A stretch of DNA of 64,000 nt from a virus. Under the pieces are notes generated by a model. The model was not told the origin of the DNA and made no database searches. It was given only the letters and a program-made list of their open reading frames with translations. The translations under genes and the position numbers were made by a program. Shown here piece after piece: positions 9,866 to 19,518 of this stretch (its first letter is position 1; every line of letters starts with the position of its first letter). The DNA lies in the IMG/VR virus record IMGVR_UViG_3300045970_000455, positions 11,866-75,865 of that record; one strand, written 5' to 3'.

Positions 9866-10239
9866 TAACGTGTTTTCCTATAATCTGCTATGGCTGCTTT
9901 AACAGCATCCTCTGCCAATATGCTACAATGTATTTTTACGGGTGGTAGGGCTAATTCTTCCGCTATTTCTGAATTTTTAATAGTAGCTGCTTGACCTACA
10001 GTCTTGCCTTTAACCCATTCTGTCACTAAACTGGATGAAGCAATCGCTGAACCACACCCATAGGCCTTGAACTTTGCATCAGTAATGATTTCATCTTCTA
10101 CCTTTATTTGTAGGCACAAAACATCTCCGCATGCCGGGCTCCCTACCATTCCTGTTCCTACAGTAGGATCTCCCTTTTCAAACTTTCCAACATTACGAGG
10201 ATTATTATAGTGATCCAACACTTTTTCGGAATATGCCAT
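9865..10239 (-). CDS. iscU: Fe-S scaffold IscU
   Basis: [42 protein letters not shown]. Confidence 0.97.
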   Translation of the reverse strand: MAYSEKVLDHYNNPRNVGKFEKGDPTVGTGMVGSPACGDVLCLQIKVEDEIITDAKFKAYGCGSAIASSSLVTEWVKGKTVGQAATIKNSEIAEELALPPVKIHCSILAEDAVKAAIADYRKTR

Positions 10240-10820
10240 TATAGCCTCCCGTAAGCATTACCTGTCAGTGGTTCGTTTGTTCCGTGATACGCTTTATCGT
10301 CATATCCGTGTATAGGAGATAATATACCTTCTCTTTCAGTCTTTGATTGTGTGTTATCTGTGAATCGATACATTTGGTCTGGCATAACACGCTTAAACCA
10401 TTCTGCTACCATAGGGCGCACATCACGGTTAGGTTCCGTGTCTTCCAATATACGCAACTCATCCGAGAATGCATCATCCTTGATAATATCTTGCAAGAAT
10501 ACTTCTGCAACACACGCCGGAATAGGTCTTGACATAATCTCTTCCACTAAGTCAAAATCTTCGTTTGATATAGGTAGCTTATGAATGGCTTCCATAACCT
10601 TTATTTCATTTATACTTTCTATTGTAGCTTTTAACTCTGTATAATCTTTACGCAGTTCTTTTTGTAAAAGCCCTTTTTTCGCTTTCGGAGTAGATGGGTC
10701 GCCAATCATATCTACATATTTGTCCATGCGTTGTTGTAAGGCGTTTAGGTTGGCTATCTTCTTTTTAGATAGACTTTTATCGTTCATCCCCTTCGGTAAT
10801 AATAGTTCTAAGATTTTCAT
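10239..10820 (-). CDS. Probable virion head-associated protein
   Basis: MKILELL start and charged composition like other MK(I/L)x(E/D) proteins here; in a late operon. Confidence 0.5.
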   Translation of the reverse strand: MKILELLLPKGMNDKSLSKKKIANLNALQQRMDKYVDMIGDPSTPKAKKGLLQKELRKDYTELKATIESINEIKVMEAIHKLPISNEDFDLVEEIMSRPIPACVAEVFLQDIIKDDAFSDELRILEDTEPNRDVRPMVAEWFKRVMPDQMYRFTDNTQSKTEREGILSPIHGYDDKAYHGTNEPLTGNAYGRL

Positions 10821-11278
10821 TATGAATACACTATCACAACAATACCACTACCACCGTTTCCACCCAGCGCTGATGCACCGCCCCAAATGTAACCGTTGCC
10901 GCCACCACCGCCACCTTGATTAGTTAAACCTGCTGCGCCAGGATTAGCAGCACCACTATTGCCCCCATCTCCGCCGCCTGTACCTGCTGTACCACCCAGG
11001 TGAAATCCATTATCGCCGGTACCGCCACCACCGCCACCGCAACCTGTAAAAATATATCCTACCGCAGTGGATAAAATAGACATTCCTGCTCCACCATTCT
11101 TGCCGCTACCAGCAGATACGGCGCCACCGCCCCCGCCACCGTATTGATTTTCTAAACCAAGACCGCCATCGTTACCTTGGCCTACGTAGCCATCACCGAC
11201 GGTGCCGCCATTAAAATAAGGTGTTCTGCCGCCACCACTACCGCCTGGTTTTCCGCTTATTCCTGTACCTGTTGTCAT
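10820..11278 (-). CDS. C-terminal half of a glycine-rich tail-associated domain
   Basis: GGSGGG, GQGNDGG, NQGGGGGG, terminal GGNGGSGIVVIVY; own GGAG RBS at 11285-11288. Confidence 0.8.
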   Translation of the reverse strand: MTTGTGISGKPGGSGGGRTPYFNGGTVGDGYVGQGNDGGLGLENQYGGGGGGAVSAGSGKNGGAGMSILSTAVGYIFTGCGGGGGGTGDNGFHLGGTAGTGGGDGGNSGAANPGAAGLTNQGGGGGGNGYIWGGASALGGNGGSGIVVIVYS

Positions 11279-11291
11279 TATTTACTCCGAA

Positions 11292-12284
11292 TTAGTTCAC
11301 TGTGTCGGGTTCTTTCTTAAGATTATGACTTAACAAACCATTGTTCACGTATGTGTGAGCGTCCTTGACGGTGATCTTGATTACTTCGCCACGATTGTAT
11401 TTTGAAACACTAACTACCGCATTCGGAACTGATGGTCCTATTAGCATATCACTTGGTTTGAGAAGCGACAGTTGAACCTGTGTACCATCAACCATGAACA
11501 TCGGATGATTGAACGATGCCGTTAGTGTCCTGCCGTTTTCCATTGTCAGCACCCAACGATCGTTGACATCTGGTGTAACTGCCTCAACCTCGAACGAACC
11601 CCATACACCTGTTGTTTCGTGTCTTGTCCACACATATTGACCTGCTTGAAGCATGTCTGCTCTAACCCATGACTGATTGGCAAGAAGAATCATTTCCCAT
11701 GGCGCTGGGCAACCGCCACTGCCGCCACCCCCGCCACCCCCGAGGCCGCCACCAGATACCACTGTTGCTACATCGCCACCGCCACCCCCGCCGCCATATG
11801 CTATAGCGGTACTGTTAAACGAGGATGATACACCATCTGCCCCCTGAACGTTGAGCCCTGATGCTGCGCCGCCTGCGCCTACGACAATCGGTATTACGGC
11901 CCCGGGCGTAACGCTTAGTGTTGTATGAACATAACCACCTGCTCCACCTCCACCTCCACCTTCTAGTGTACCTATACTGCCACCTGATCCACCGCCACCT
12001 ACTGTTAAAACTTCAACTGATGTAACCCCTGCAGGAACAGTCCAACTTTGGCTAGATGTAAATGTCTGGCTAAAATATTTAGATGCTCCGTGGAAGCTAT
12101 CAAGACTAAGTGCTCCGCTTGTTGGTACAAAAGTGCTTGCACCGTGTGGTGATCCTTTTATAAACGACTTCACGTATGTCCCATTACGATACAGTTGTGA
12201 CAAAGAAACGGGTGTGCCAGGTACTGAAAATTCAGTGCCTATAGCAGATAATGATATTGAGTTTGGATATACCGGTAATGTCAT
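11292..12284 (-). CDS. Tail-fibre-tip-like protein: N-terminal half of Gly-rich domain plus C-terminal Hint domain
   Basis: gp38-adhesin-like start (ISLSAIGTEF..SLSQLYR), TFTSSQSWTVPAGVTSVEVLTVGGGG, then GG-CPAPW...TASFNHP...HTYVNNGLLSHN. Confidence 0.85.
   Translation of the reverse strand: MTLPVYPNSISLSAIGTEFSVPGTPVSLSQLYRNGTYVKSFIKGSPHGASTFVPTSGALSLDSFHGASKYFSQTFTSSQSWTVPAGVTSVEVLTVGGGGSGGSIGTLEGGGGGGAGGYVHTTLSVTPGAVIPIVVGAGGAASGLNVQGADGVSSSFNSTAIAYGGGGGGGDVATVVSGGGLGGGGGGGSGGCPAPWEMILLANQSWVRADMLQAGQYVWTRHETTGVWGSFEVEAVTPDVNDRWVLTMENGRTLTASFNHPMFMVDGTQVQLSLLKPSDMLIGPSVPNAVVSVSKYNRGEVIKITVKDAHTYVNNGLLSHNLKKEPDTVN
11322..11711 (-). other. Hint (intein-like/BIL) autoprocessing domain, 130 aa
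   Basis: Cys1, block-B His (NHP), terminal His-Asn followed by Leu; no endonuclease. Confidence 0.85.
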
Positions 12285-12287
12285 GTT

Positions 12288-12653
12288 TTATCCTAATAAC
12301 GGGCGAATAACTTCTACCCAACTAATCGTATTCTCGTCCCACTTATACACTTTTCCATCTACAGGCAAATCAACAGGTGCTGCCCACTGACATGTATTTT
12401 CATTTAATACCCAACTATTATATGGTTTTGGCGGAATAAATGCATCCCTATCAGCATCATACTTAAATCCTATGCCTGCATAGTTCTTCCTAAATGGTGT
12501 TCCACCCAACTTATGCTCTCCGCATAATGTGTTGTAACTTGTTTGGAACCATGTGGCAGGATCGCCTACGGCACCAGAATCTATAAAATCTTGTTCAGCA
12601 ACAATAACCTGTGTAACTATATTATTGTTATCTATACATGCATAATGGCTCAT
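12288..12653 (-). CDS. Conserved partner of Gly-rich tail proteins (putative assembly chaperone)
   Basis: QTSYNT, FRKNYAGIG, DAFIPPKPY.SW, YKWDE motifs. Confidence 0.75.
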   Translation of the reverse strand: MSHYACIDNNNIVTQVIVAEQDFIDSGAVGDPATWFQTSYNTLCGEHKLGGTPFRKNYAGIGFKYDADRDAFIPPKPYNSWVLNENTCQWAAPVDLPVDGKVYKWDENTISWVEVIRPLLG

Positions 12654-12672
12654 ATTTAAAATCCTCTTATTG

Positions 12673-12680
12673 TATTTATC
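12673..12680 (-). promoter_or_regulatory. T4-late-like promoter GATAAATA
   Basis: About 20 nt upstream of ATG 12653; recurrent motif (see findings). Confidence 0.7.
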
Positions 12681-12698
12681 ATATTAGACACCACAGCC

Positions 12699-12722
12699 AA
12701 AAGAAAAGGGACCGTAGTCCCC
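12699..12722 (-). terminator. Intrinsic terminator
   Basis: GGGAC-TACG-GTCCC followed by TTTTCTTTT on the minus strand (UNCG loop). Confidence 0.85.
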
Positions 12723-12739
12723 TATCTTTTTAGTTTTGT

Positions 12740-13105
12740 TTAGATACTAAACTGTTCAGCTACAGACTTAGGTACTAAATCCATATTGAGTTCTTTTGCC
12801 TTACCGATAACAGCCGGCAAAACAAAATACATGCCCGGCATTGCAACTAATGCAGCAAACGATGTTGCCTTCACGAGTTCTTTTGCCTTTTCATTTGCTG
12901 CTGCGATGTCCTTTGGTGTAGCATCACCTGTCATTGCTTTTTGATACACTTTTGTCATTTCTTGAGCATTTGCATACTCCGTGGTAACAATAGTTTGTAC
13001 CTTTTCAAACACATCTTTTGCATCCTTTGGTGTCTTTGGGATTGCATCGAACATGTCGTTGATTGATTTGAGAAAAGCCTGAGGGGTTTTGATTGATGTA
13101 AACAT
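12740..13105 (-). CDS. Helical protein, phasin-like N-terminus and LETM1-like C-terminus (tentative)
   Basis: Amphipathic Ala/Lys-rich helices; ANEKAKELVK..ALVAMPG..VLP....KELNMDLVPKS; own promoter, structured UTR and terminator. Confidence 0.45.
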   Translation of the reverse strand: MFTSIKTPQAFLKSINDMFDAIPKTPKDAKDVFEKVQTIVTTEYANAQEMTKVYQKAMTGDATPKDIAAANEKAKELVKATSFAALVAMPGMYFVLPAVIGKAKELNMDLVPKSVAEQFSI

Positions 13106-13225
13106 TTTATTTCCTTTATATGAGTGCCACTATTGGCCACTATGCTATGTTCTGCCTCACTATGAGCACAGACTTATGCAGTATATTACTTATCAAAAAA
13201 TGTTGCAACCGCACATTTTATTGGT

Positions 13226-13528
13226 TTAATCCTTAGTCTTTTCAATCTTATCGTCTTTATCCGCACCGCCCTCTTCCAAATATACCTTTGCTTGATGCGC
13301 TCTTGTAGTGTCTCTCGTATCTAAAAACTTGTTTAATGTTTGAGACCCTGTACCGTATGCAAGATATGCGATAAAATAATCAACGCTCATTCCACCCAAT
13401 AAAATAAGTTTCCACATAAACACTGTTGCGGCTATTGCTACCACCATAGCAATAATCCTTGCATGTGAATATTGGCCTGTGGCATTATCCTTTATTGAGT
13501 CATTTAGGATTTTTACTACTCTATTCAT
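13226..13528 (-). CDS. Putative holin-like two-TM protein
   Basis: TGQYSHAR followed by two hydrophobic segments and a charged C-terminal tail. Confidence 0.55.
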   Translation of the reverse strand: MNRVVKILNDSIKDNATGQYSHARIIAMVVAIAATVFMWKLILLGGMSVDYFIAYLAYGTGSQTLNKFLDTRDTTRAHQAKVYLEEGGADKDDKIEKTKD

Positions 13529-13529
13529 T

Positions 13530-16500
13530 TTAGATCTTATACTCCACAAATACCGTGCATGTTGCACCAGCTGTTCCTGCTGTGCTTGCTACTGTTGCAA
13601 ATCCTTGTATAGCTGAACCTTCATCCACGTATGTATCTGCAATATATAAACCAATAACCTGTGGATTATTTTCAGTATCTTTCATATACTTGTTTGTTGT
13701 GCCAGTAACACCTACCACAACTGTTGCTGCTGTGTCAGCTATTGTTACATTTATCCTTGTTCTTAATATTGTGCTACCTGCAGGGAATGTTGCTGGTAGA
13801 TTTGTTACACCGTTTGTATTCAATGGCACTGTTACTGTCATTGACTTGATAACATCGCCTGCCGCTATAACAGACGCAATCTGGTCATCAACATATTTCT
13901 TATTGGGGATTGCAAGATCGCCTGTGGTTACAACATTAGCAGAATATGCTGCCGCTGATAAACCTGCTACAGTAAGCACATTGCTGGTTGCAGCGCCAAA
14001 AGAAACTACAATGTTACCGTTGGTGGTTGTAAGTGTTATTGCACCTGTTGTTGCAGCAACATCTAAACTTGTGGATCCTGTTATTGTGCGTGTAGAACCG
14101 TTTGCGGTAATACCGCCCACTACCAAACTTGTTCCGTTATAAGTTAGTGTGCTGGCAGATGCGATAGGGGAAGTTCCGTTACCATATAGTAACTGTGTTG
14201 CTGCAAAAGTTGCTGCGCCAGTACCGCCATTACCTACCGGTAATGTTCCTGTTACATCAGTTGTTAAATCAACTTGGCTGAAACTAACTGTCGTACCGTT
14301 TGTTCTTAATACCCTGCTTGCAACTGCGCCAGATACCCAACTTGCTACGCCTGTAGCACTTGTTACCAATGTAGATGTATTTGCTGTAGCTAACTTATTC
14401 CATGTATTGCCTGCTGCACCAACAAGTAAGTCTCCTACCGCTGTTGTAGCATAACCAGTACCGCCGTATGTAGCACCAACAGTGTTTAATGTTATTGCAC
14501 CACTTGTTGCAGTAAACGATGTCGAGTTGAAACTTGCAACACCCTTTGTAGTGGTTGTTGCATTAGCTACGGTAATATCTACACCACCTGTACCTGTACC
14601 TGTTTGTGTTATTGTAGAAACACCTTGTGCTGCGTCACCTGTGATTGTTAGTTCTTCACCTAAGTTTAATACCTGTACCGTACCACTATCGCCACTAATG
14701 TGTATATGATTATTTACAATCATTGCATTAGTGATGCCACCCGCCTTAACAAATAATCCTGCAGAACCCTGATCTAAACCGCCTGTTGCAGTAGTATCTA
14801 ATAATAAATGTAATGCTGCTGCTGTTGTAGGGAAACCACCACCTGCTACATCTCGTGATGTACCATTGGTAGTCAATATAATAGCGCCGGTGGTGGTGTT
14901 ATATAAATCAACGCCAACTTCATCAGTTGGCAACTGTGCTATACCTGCACCTAAGTTAACATTAACTGTGTTTCCTGATATTATAAGTCCTGTACCCCAT
15001 GTATATGCATTTGAGCCTGAAAACTGTACCCATGTAACATCTGATGTACCAACAGTTACAACAGCCAGAGTTTCTGTCCATCCTGTGTCATGCGCCGCTG
15101 TGCCATTTGACACAAATATCGATGCATTTTGAAACTCTGATATTTGATCTTGGTCTGTTGCACGAGTTAATATCCAGTTTGTAGATGTGCTACCAATACT
15201 TGTTACTGTGTAAATACCATTCTGTGCTAAGGTACCCTGATTCTTAACCAACACTCTGTTACCGACTGATAGTGTTACACCATCTATAACGAAAGTTAAT
15301 GTTTGGGCACCTGCATTTGTTAATGTTGCCCCTACACCTGCTGTTCCATTGGCATATGTTGCTGTTAATGCCACATCGGTAGCTGCTGCAACTGCGTTTT
15401 TCCATGTTAATCCTGCCGCAACGGAATCAACATATGCCTTATTCGCTGCATCTGTATCTGCTGTAGGCGTCGGTAATCCTTTTACAGTTCCTGTACCTGC
15501 GAATGTCAACGATGCATTTGTTGACATTGTGTCGCCGGATACATTTACATATGTTGCATCAACTAACCCTGTTATGTCTGCTGTTGCTACTGCTACCGAA
15601 TTTGTTACGCGACCATATGTATCTGTTGTTATCTTGACAAAAGACCCACCATTGCCCGGATTTGTAACAGTTGCTAAATCAATGGTAGTGCTTGCCGCTA
15701 CACCCGATCCATTGCTGACAGAAATATTACCTGCTGTTCCTGCAATGGAGCCTGTCTGCCATGTTCCGTCACCTGTACGAATAGCATAACCTGTTGTTGA
15801 TAAACCTTCTAACCCTGCTAAGTCATTAGCAAGTGCCAGTGTAGGAGCGCCTGCAACACCGTCACCATTTGATATTGTAATACCTGCTGCTGGTGCAGTA
15901 ATAGTCACAGAAGTATATGTGTCATTGCCTGTCTGAACTAATATACCCGTTGTTGTCTTTATTGCCAACGCTGCTAAACCAGCATCATACCCCTGAACAC
16001 CAGATGTTGCACCCGGTGCACCTGTTACCCAGTTTGTGCCATTCGAGTATATAACATTACCTGTCGTACCCGGTGCAAGCAATTCTTCAAGCGTATTATG
16101 TCCGTCAACATAGGTAGCCAAGTTGTTTAATGCTACAGTTAAGTCTGCCGGAGTTGTTCCGTATATTGTGGTATTTGTTAGTGCTGTATTATTCCATACA
16201 CCTACGTTGCTTACCATAGAACCGAGCGATGTTTCTATAGCGTTTACTTCATTTTGTAATGCGGTGGCATCTCCACCTGTTGCCACCGTCATCCATGTTG
16301 TGCCATTATAAAATTCTAGGGTAGTTGTTGCAGGAGCATCGTTATTAAGGCGCACCATACCCGTGCTTGCTGATGGGCGTGCGGCTGTATTGCCTGTTGG
16401 CAGTAATACCGCTGCTGATCCTGAAATTTGTGGTACATTGGCTGCGAAAAGCTGTAATACATCTGTACCGCCTATTGTGGCTTTAGCGCCTGCTGCCGTA

Positions 16501-16697
16501 AGAACTAGATTACCTGTTGTTAAAGCTACATTACCAGAGGATGATATAATACCTGCTGCGGTTAATGCTGCGTCAGTTGAACCATCAACTGCCTTTAAGT
16601 TAAATGTGCCGGTGGTATGTTTTAATCTGGGACCTGCCTTACCTAGTTGTAGATCCGGTGATACCCCATATAAACCATAGTTGTATGTATTTGCCAT
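13530..16697 (-). CDS. Virion fibre / structural protein (1055 aa)
   Basis: T/G/A-rich; DAANKAYVD, IDGVTLSVGNRVLVKNQ..QNGIY, LPVGNGGTG fibre motifs; late promoter at 16745-16752. Confidence 0.85.
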   Translation of the reverse strand: MANTYNYGLYGVSPDLQLGKAGPRLKHTTGTFNLKAVDGSTDAALTAAGIISSSGNVALTTGNLVLTAAGAKATIGGTDVLQLFAANVPQISGSAAVLLPTGNTAARPSASTGMVRLNNDAPATTTLEFYNGTTWMTVATGGDATALQNEVNAIETSLGSMVSNVGVWNNTALTNTTIYGTTPADLTVALNNLATYVDGHNTLEELLAPGTTGNVIYSNGTNWVTGAPGATSGVQGYDAGLAALAIKTTTGILVQTGNDTYTSVTITAPAAGITISNGDGVAGAPTLALANDLAGLEGLSTTGYAIRTGDGTWQTGSIAGTAGNISVSNGSGVAASTTIDLATVTNPGNGGSFVKITTDTYGRVTNSVAVATADITGLVDATYVNVSGDTMSTNASLTFAGTGTVKGLPTPTADTDAANKAYVDSVAAGLTWKNAVAAATDVALTATYANGTAGVGATLTNAGAQTLTFVIDGVTLSVGNRVLVKNQGTLAQNGIYTVTSIGSTSTNWILTRATDQDQISEFQNASIFVSNGTAAHDTGWTETLAVVTVGTSDVTWVQFSGSNAYTWGTGLIISGNTVNVNLGAGIAQLPTDEVGVDLYNTTTGAIILTTNGTSRDVAGGGFPTTAAALHLLLDTTATGGLDQGSAGLFVKAGGITNAMIVNNHIHISGDSGTVQVLNLGEELTITGDAAQGVSTITQTGTGTGGVDITVANATTTTKGVASFNSTSFTATSGAITLNTVGATYGGTGYATTAVGDLLVGAAGNTWNKLATANTSTLVTSATGVASWVSGAVASRVLRTNGTTVSFSQVDLTTDVTGTLPVGNGGTGAATFAATQLLYGNGTSPIASASTLTYNGTSLVVGGITANGSTRTITGSTSLDVAATTGAITLTTTNGNIVVSFGAATSNVLTVAGLSAAAYSANVVTTGDLAIPNKKYVDDQIASVIAAGDVIKSMTVTVPLNTNGVTNLPATFPAGSTILRTRINVTIADTAATVVVGVTGTTNKYMKDTENNPQVIGLYIADTYVDEGSAIQGFATVASTAGTAGATCTVFVEYKI

Positions 16698-16768
16698 AAT
16701 ATCCTCTTATTAATATACAGTGTCGTATAGAATTTTATATACACTATTTATCGAAAAATCGGAATTAT

Positions 16769-18097
16769 TTAAACATATGTTAATGTGATGATAGCCTCTC
16801 CTTGAGTGGCTCCGTCTGGTGTGAAGTATGCATTTATGTTTGTGTCTATGCCTGTATTATACAAATGATCAGATGTGGTAGCATAAGTGCCCAGGACTCC
16901 AAGGTTTATTAATCCATCTGGCATTAATCTATCATTTACTGTATCGTCGCCAATATTTATGATAGGAGTACCGTCAAAAATAGTAGTGACTGATATAGTT
17001 ATTAATGTTACTCTTCTTCCGGTACTAAGAGTGCTTATTAGTGCCGGAGATGTAGTGGTATGCAGCACTGTTAGTTCTGCGCTATACGCATCTGCCTGTG
17101 ATGAATCCTTATTAGTAGTTTCTACCCATGTATCGGATACCCAGATATACATGGCCCACTCGCCGTTACCATTATCTATGATATACGCCATAGATCCGGC
17201 GGTGGAAGTTAATGGCCTTGATGCTAAGTTCGGATATATACCAACAGCAGGAGTAGATCCGCCGCCACCGCTTACACTACCAGTAAGTTGCATACCAGTG
17301 GTGTTGTTTAACTTTATGTATGCTGTTTGCGACGACTGGGATAATGTAAGATGTCCCGGGCTGCTATCATCATGATAAATGATATCGCCGGGTACTCCGG
17401 GTAATGATGGAGCAATGCCTTCTATTATGTGATTGGCAGGAGTTATTAAAAATGTGTCAGGTGAATCAGATACATCGCATACTCTACCAATAGGTTGTCT
17501 ACCGAAATATGTTAGTTGATACTGCCCTGTGCCAGGATCTATACATATTTCGTCGCCCACTATAAATCCGTGAGCTACTTTATTTAATCTATACCTAAAG
17601 GTTGGATTATTGATTCTAAATCGAGATATTAAGTCAATGCTAAAGTTTCCATCTACAAATGCGCTAGTGCTGACAGGTAATATAATAGGTAATCCATCGT
17701 CGCCCAAGGCAAATATATAACAGTCCCCTTCACCCATTATGCCTTGCCCGTATCCGTCTATATCATAAAACGTGTTAAACCGTTCTACGTCTTCCAGTAT
17801 CAGGGTAGCAGCGTATCTTGTCTGAGATACAATAGATTTTATTTGAACTGCTCTTGTTGGGACTCCGCCAGCTAACCATAGTCCGGGTCTTAAATCTAAT
17901 CCGTCATACGAGTATGGTGTAGTTGTGTATTGAGATGAGTGATCTTGTGCAAGTATAACAAGATCAGCCTGCCATGTATAGAATGCACCATTGTTGTACC
18001 AATAACTGCCGTCATTGTACGGCCAGGTACTTACCCCGACTATATTAGACAGGGCGGCCTGTATAAATATGTTTGGTAGTTTATTTGAAAATGACAT
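16769..18097 (-). CDS. Virion structural protein
   Basis: Beta-rich; C-terminal domain similar to that of 13530-16697. Confidence 0.7.
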   Translation of the reverse strand: MSFSNKLPNIFIQAALSNIVGVSTWPYNDGSYWYNNGAFYTWQADLVILAQDHSSQYTTTPYSYDGLDLRPGLWLAGGVPTRAVQIKSIVSQTRYAATLILEDVERFNTFYDIDGYGQGIMGEGDCYIFALGDDGLPIILPVSTSAFVDGNFSIDLISRFRINNPTFRYRLNKVAHGFIVGDEICIDPGTGQYQLTYFGRQPIGRVCDVSDSPDTFLITPANHIIEGIAPSLPGVPGDIIYHDDSSPGHLTLSQSSQTAYIKLNNTTGMQLTGSVSGGGGSTPAVGIYPNLASRPLTSTAGSMAYIIDNGNGEWAMYIWVSDTWVETTNKDSSQADAYSAELTVLHTTTSPALISTLSTGRRVTLITISVTTIFDGTPIINIGDDTVNDRLMPDGLINLGVLGTYATTSDHLYNTGIDTNINAYFTPDGATQGEAIITLTYV

Positions 18098-19507
18098 TTA
18101 TACTTCTATAAAAGATCCCAGAAAATAGAAATGAGGACTAGCGGAGTTTGTTGCTCCAGTTGCAGTCTGTGTTACACCAGTTGCTGTTATGCTACTATTT
18201 GTTCCATTGTATGTATTTCTAAATGTAGATGTTCCCGGTGGAACCTTATATACATAAGTGCCTGTCGTATCAGTATTATCCCATCCCTGGAATGAATAAC
18301 TAGAAAACAATACCAACTTTCCGTTTATTGTAAATGTTATAGTTGTTGCGCTTGTGTTAACAGACCATCCCACAGGTGGTGTACCAACCGGTACCCATAC
18401 CCCACTCCAGTTAAATCTCATAGCAAAGTTAATGCTTGTAGAAGTTAATGTGATACCTCCTGCACTATTTGTTATAGTCATCCCTGTTCCAGCAGTAAGT
18501 GTAGATCTTGTAAATCCTGTCCCATTGCCGATATCTATTTGCCCCGGTGCCGGATTAGAACCTATACCAGTACCACCATTCGAAACACCTAATACTCCGG
18601 CTAATGTAATAGTGCCTGAAGTTGTTATAGGTCCGCCCGATGTAGTAAGGCCGGTTGTTCCACCACTTACATTAAGACTCGAAATTCCTGTAGTTGGTGT
18701 CATCCATGCTACGTTGCCGAGGGTGTCACTACCGTTTGATGTTAATACTTTCCCTGCATTGCCTATTTGAGAAGGTAAAACAAGTTCCCATGATGCAACA
18801 AAGCCGTTAGACGTTAATACCTTGTAATGATTATTTGTTTGCGAAGGTAATAAGTTCGTTAACGCTTGTACTGAATCACCAGAACCTGTTCCACCGTGTG
18901 ACACACTAAGTATTCCACCCAGAGTTAATGTGCCGGTTTGATTAAAGGGTCCACCTGTTAGTGATAGTCCTGTTGTCCCACCGCTTCCATCAACACTCGT
19001 TACCGTGCCTGTTCCGTAAATCAATGGCACATTTATTAAATCACCGTAATCACCTGTTGTTGCAACCGAGGCTAGGCCCGTAATGCTAGAGACTGGTATA
19101 GAGGGAGAATAGACCAACTGTGTGCCAGTTGAATTCCATAGAACATAACCGCTCGGGAGCGATGGCTTCGCTGTATCACTTAAACCGGCAAAACTAAAAC
19201 TACTGCTTGACGGCTTGTGCAGTAGAGTATTATAGTCTGTGTATGTGTTTTCCCACAGACTAGAGAACGAGTTGTATACCAGTGCTTGTCCGTGATTTGC
19301 ACTGGTAAGATTGATTGGGCTTATATTTACATCAAGTAGTTGATCAAGTCTGGTAACACCCGTGCCACCACCGCCGCCCACTATTTCTGTATTAATAAAT
19401 GCTTTTCTGATTACATCATAAACAAGAGACTGACCATCCTTTAAGTTCTTAATAAGAAAGGTAGGTGCATACTGTGTTAATATGGTATTATTGCCTACTA
19501 TTGACAT
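18098..19507 (-). CDS. Tail-fibre-like protein
   Basis: Duplicated SGGTTGL..GGP...GT.TL.G.L.VS.GGTG repeats, LPSQ..N..KVLTSNG repeats. Confidence 0.8.
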   Translation of the reverse strand: MSIVGNNTILTQYAPTFLIKNLKDGQSLVYDVIRKAFINTEIVGGGGGTGVTRLDQLLDVNISPINLTSANHGQALVYNSFSSLWENTYTDYNTLLHKPSSSSFSFAGLSDTAKPSLPSGYVLWNSTGTQLVYSPSIPVSSITGLASVATTGDYGDLINVPLIYGTGTVTSVDGSGGTTGLSLTGGPFNQTGTLTLGGILSVSHGGTGSGDSVQALTNLLPSQTNNHYKVLTSNGFVASWELVLPSQIGNAGKVLTSNGSDTLGNVAWMTPTTGISSLNVSGGTTGLTTSGGPITTSGTITLAGVLGVSNGGTGIGSNPAPGQIDIGNGTGFTRSTLTAGTGMTITNSAGGITLTSTSINFAMRFNWSGVWVPVGTPPVGWSVNTSATTITFTINGKLVLFSSYSFQGWDNTDTTGTYVYKVPPGTSTFRNTYNGTNSSITATGVTQTATGATNSASPHFYFLGSFIEV

Positions 19508-19518
19508 TTATGTAATCC

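Noticed and set aside
11279-11294. Stop-codon read-through joining the Hint ORF to the downstream Gly-rich ORF
   Set aside because: The 13-nt gap puts them in different frames, the downstream ORF has its own RBS, and no obvious slippery site is present.
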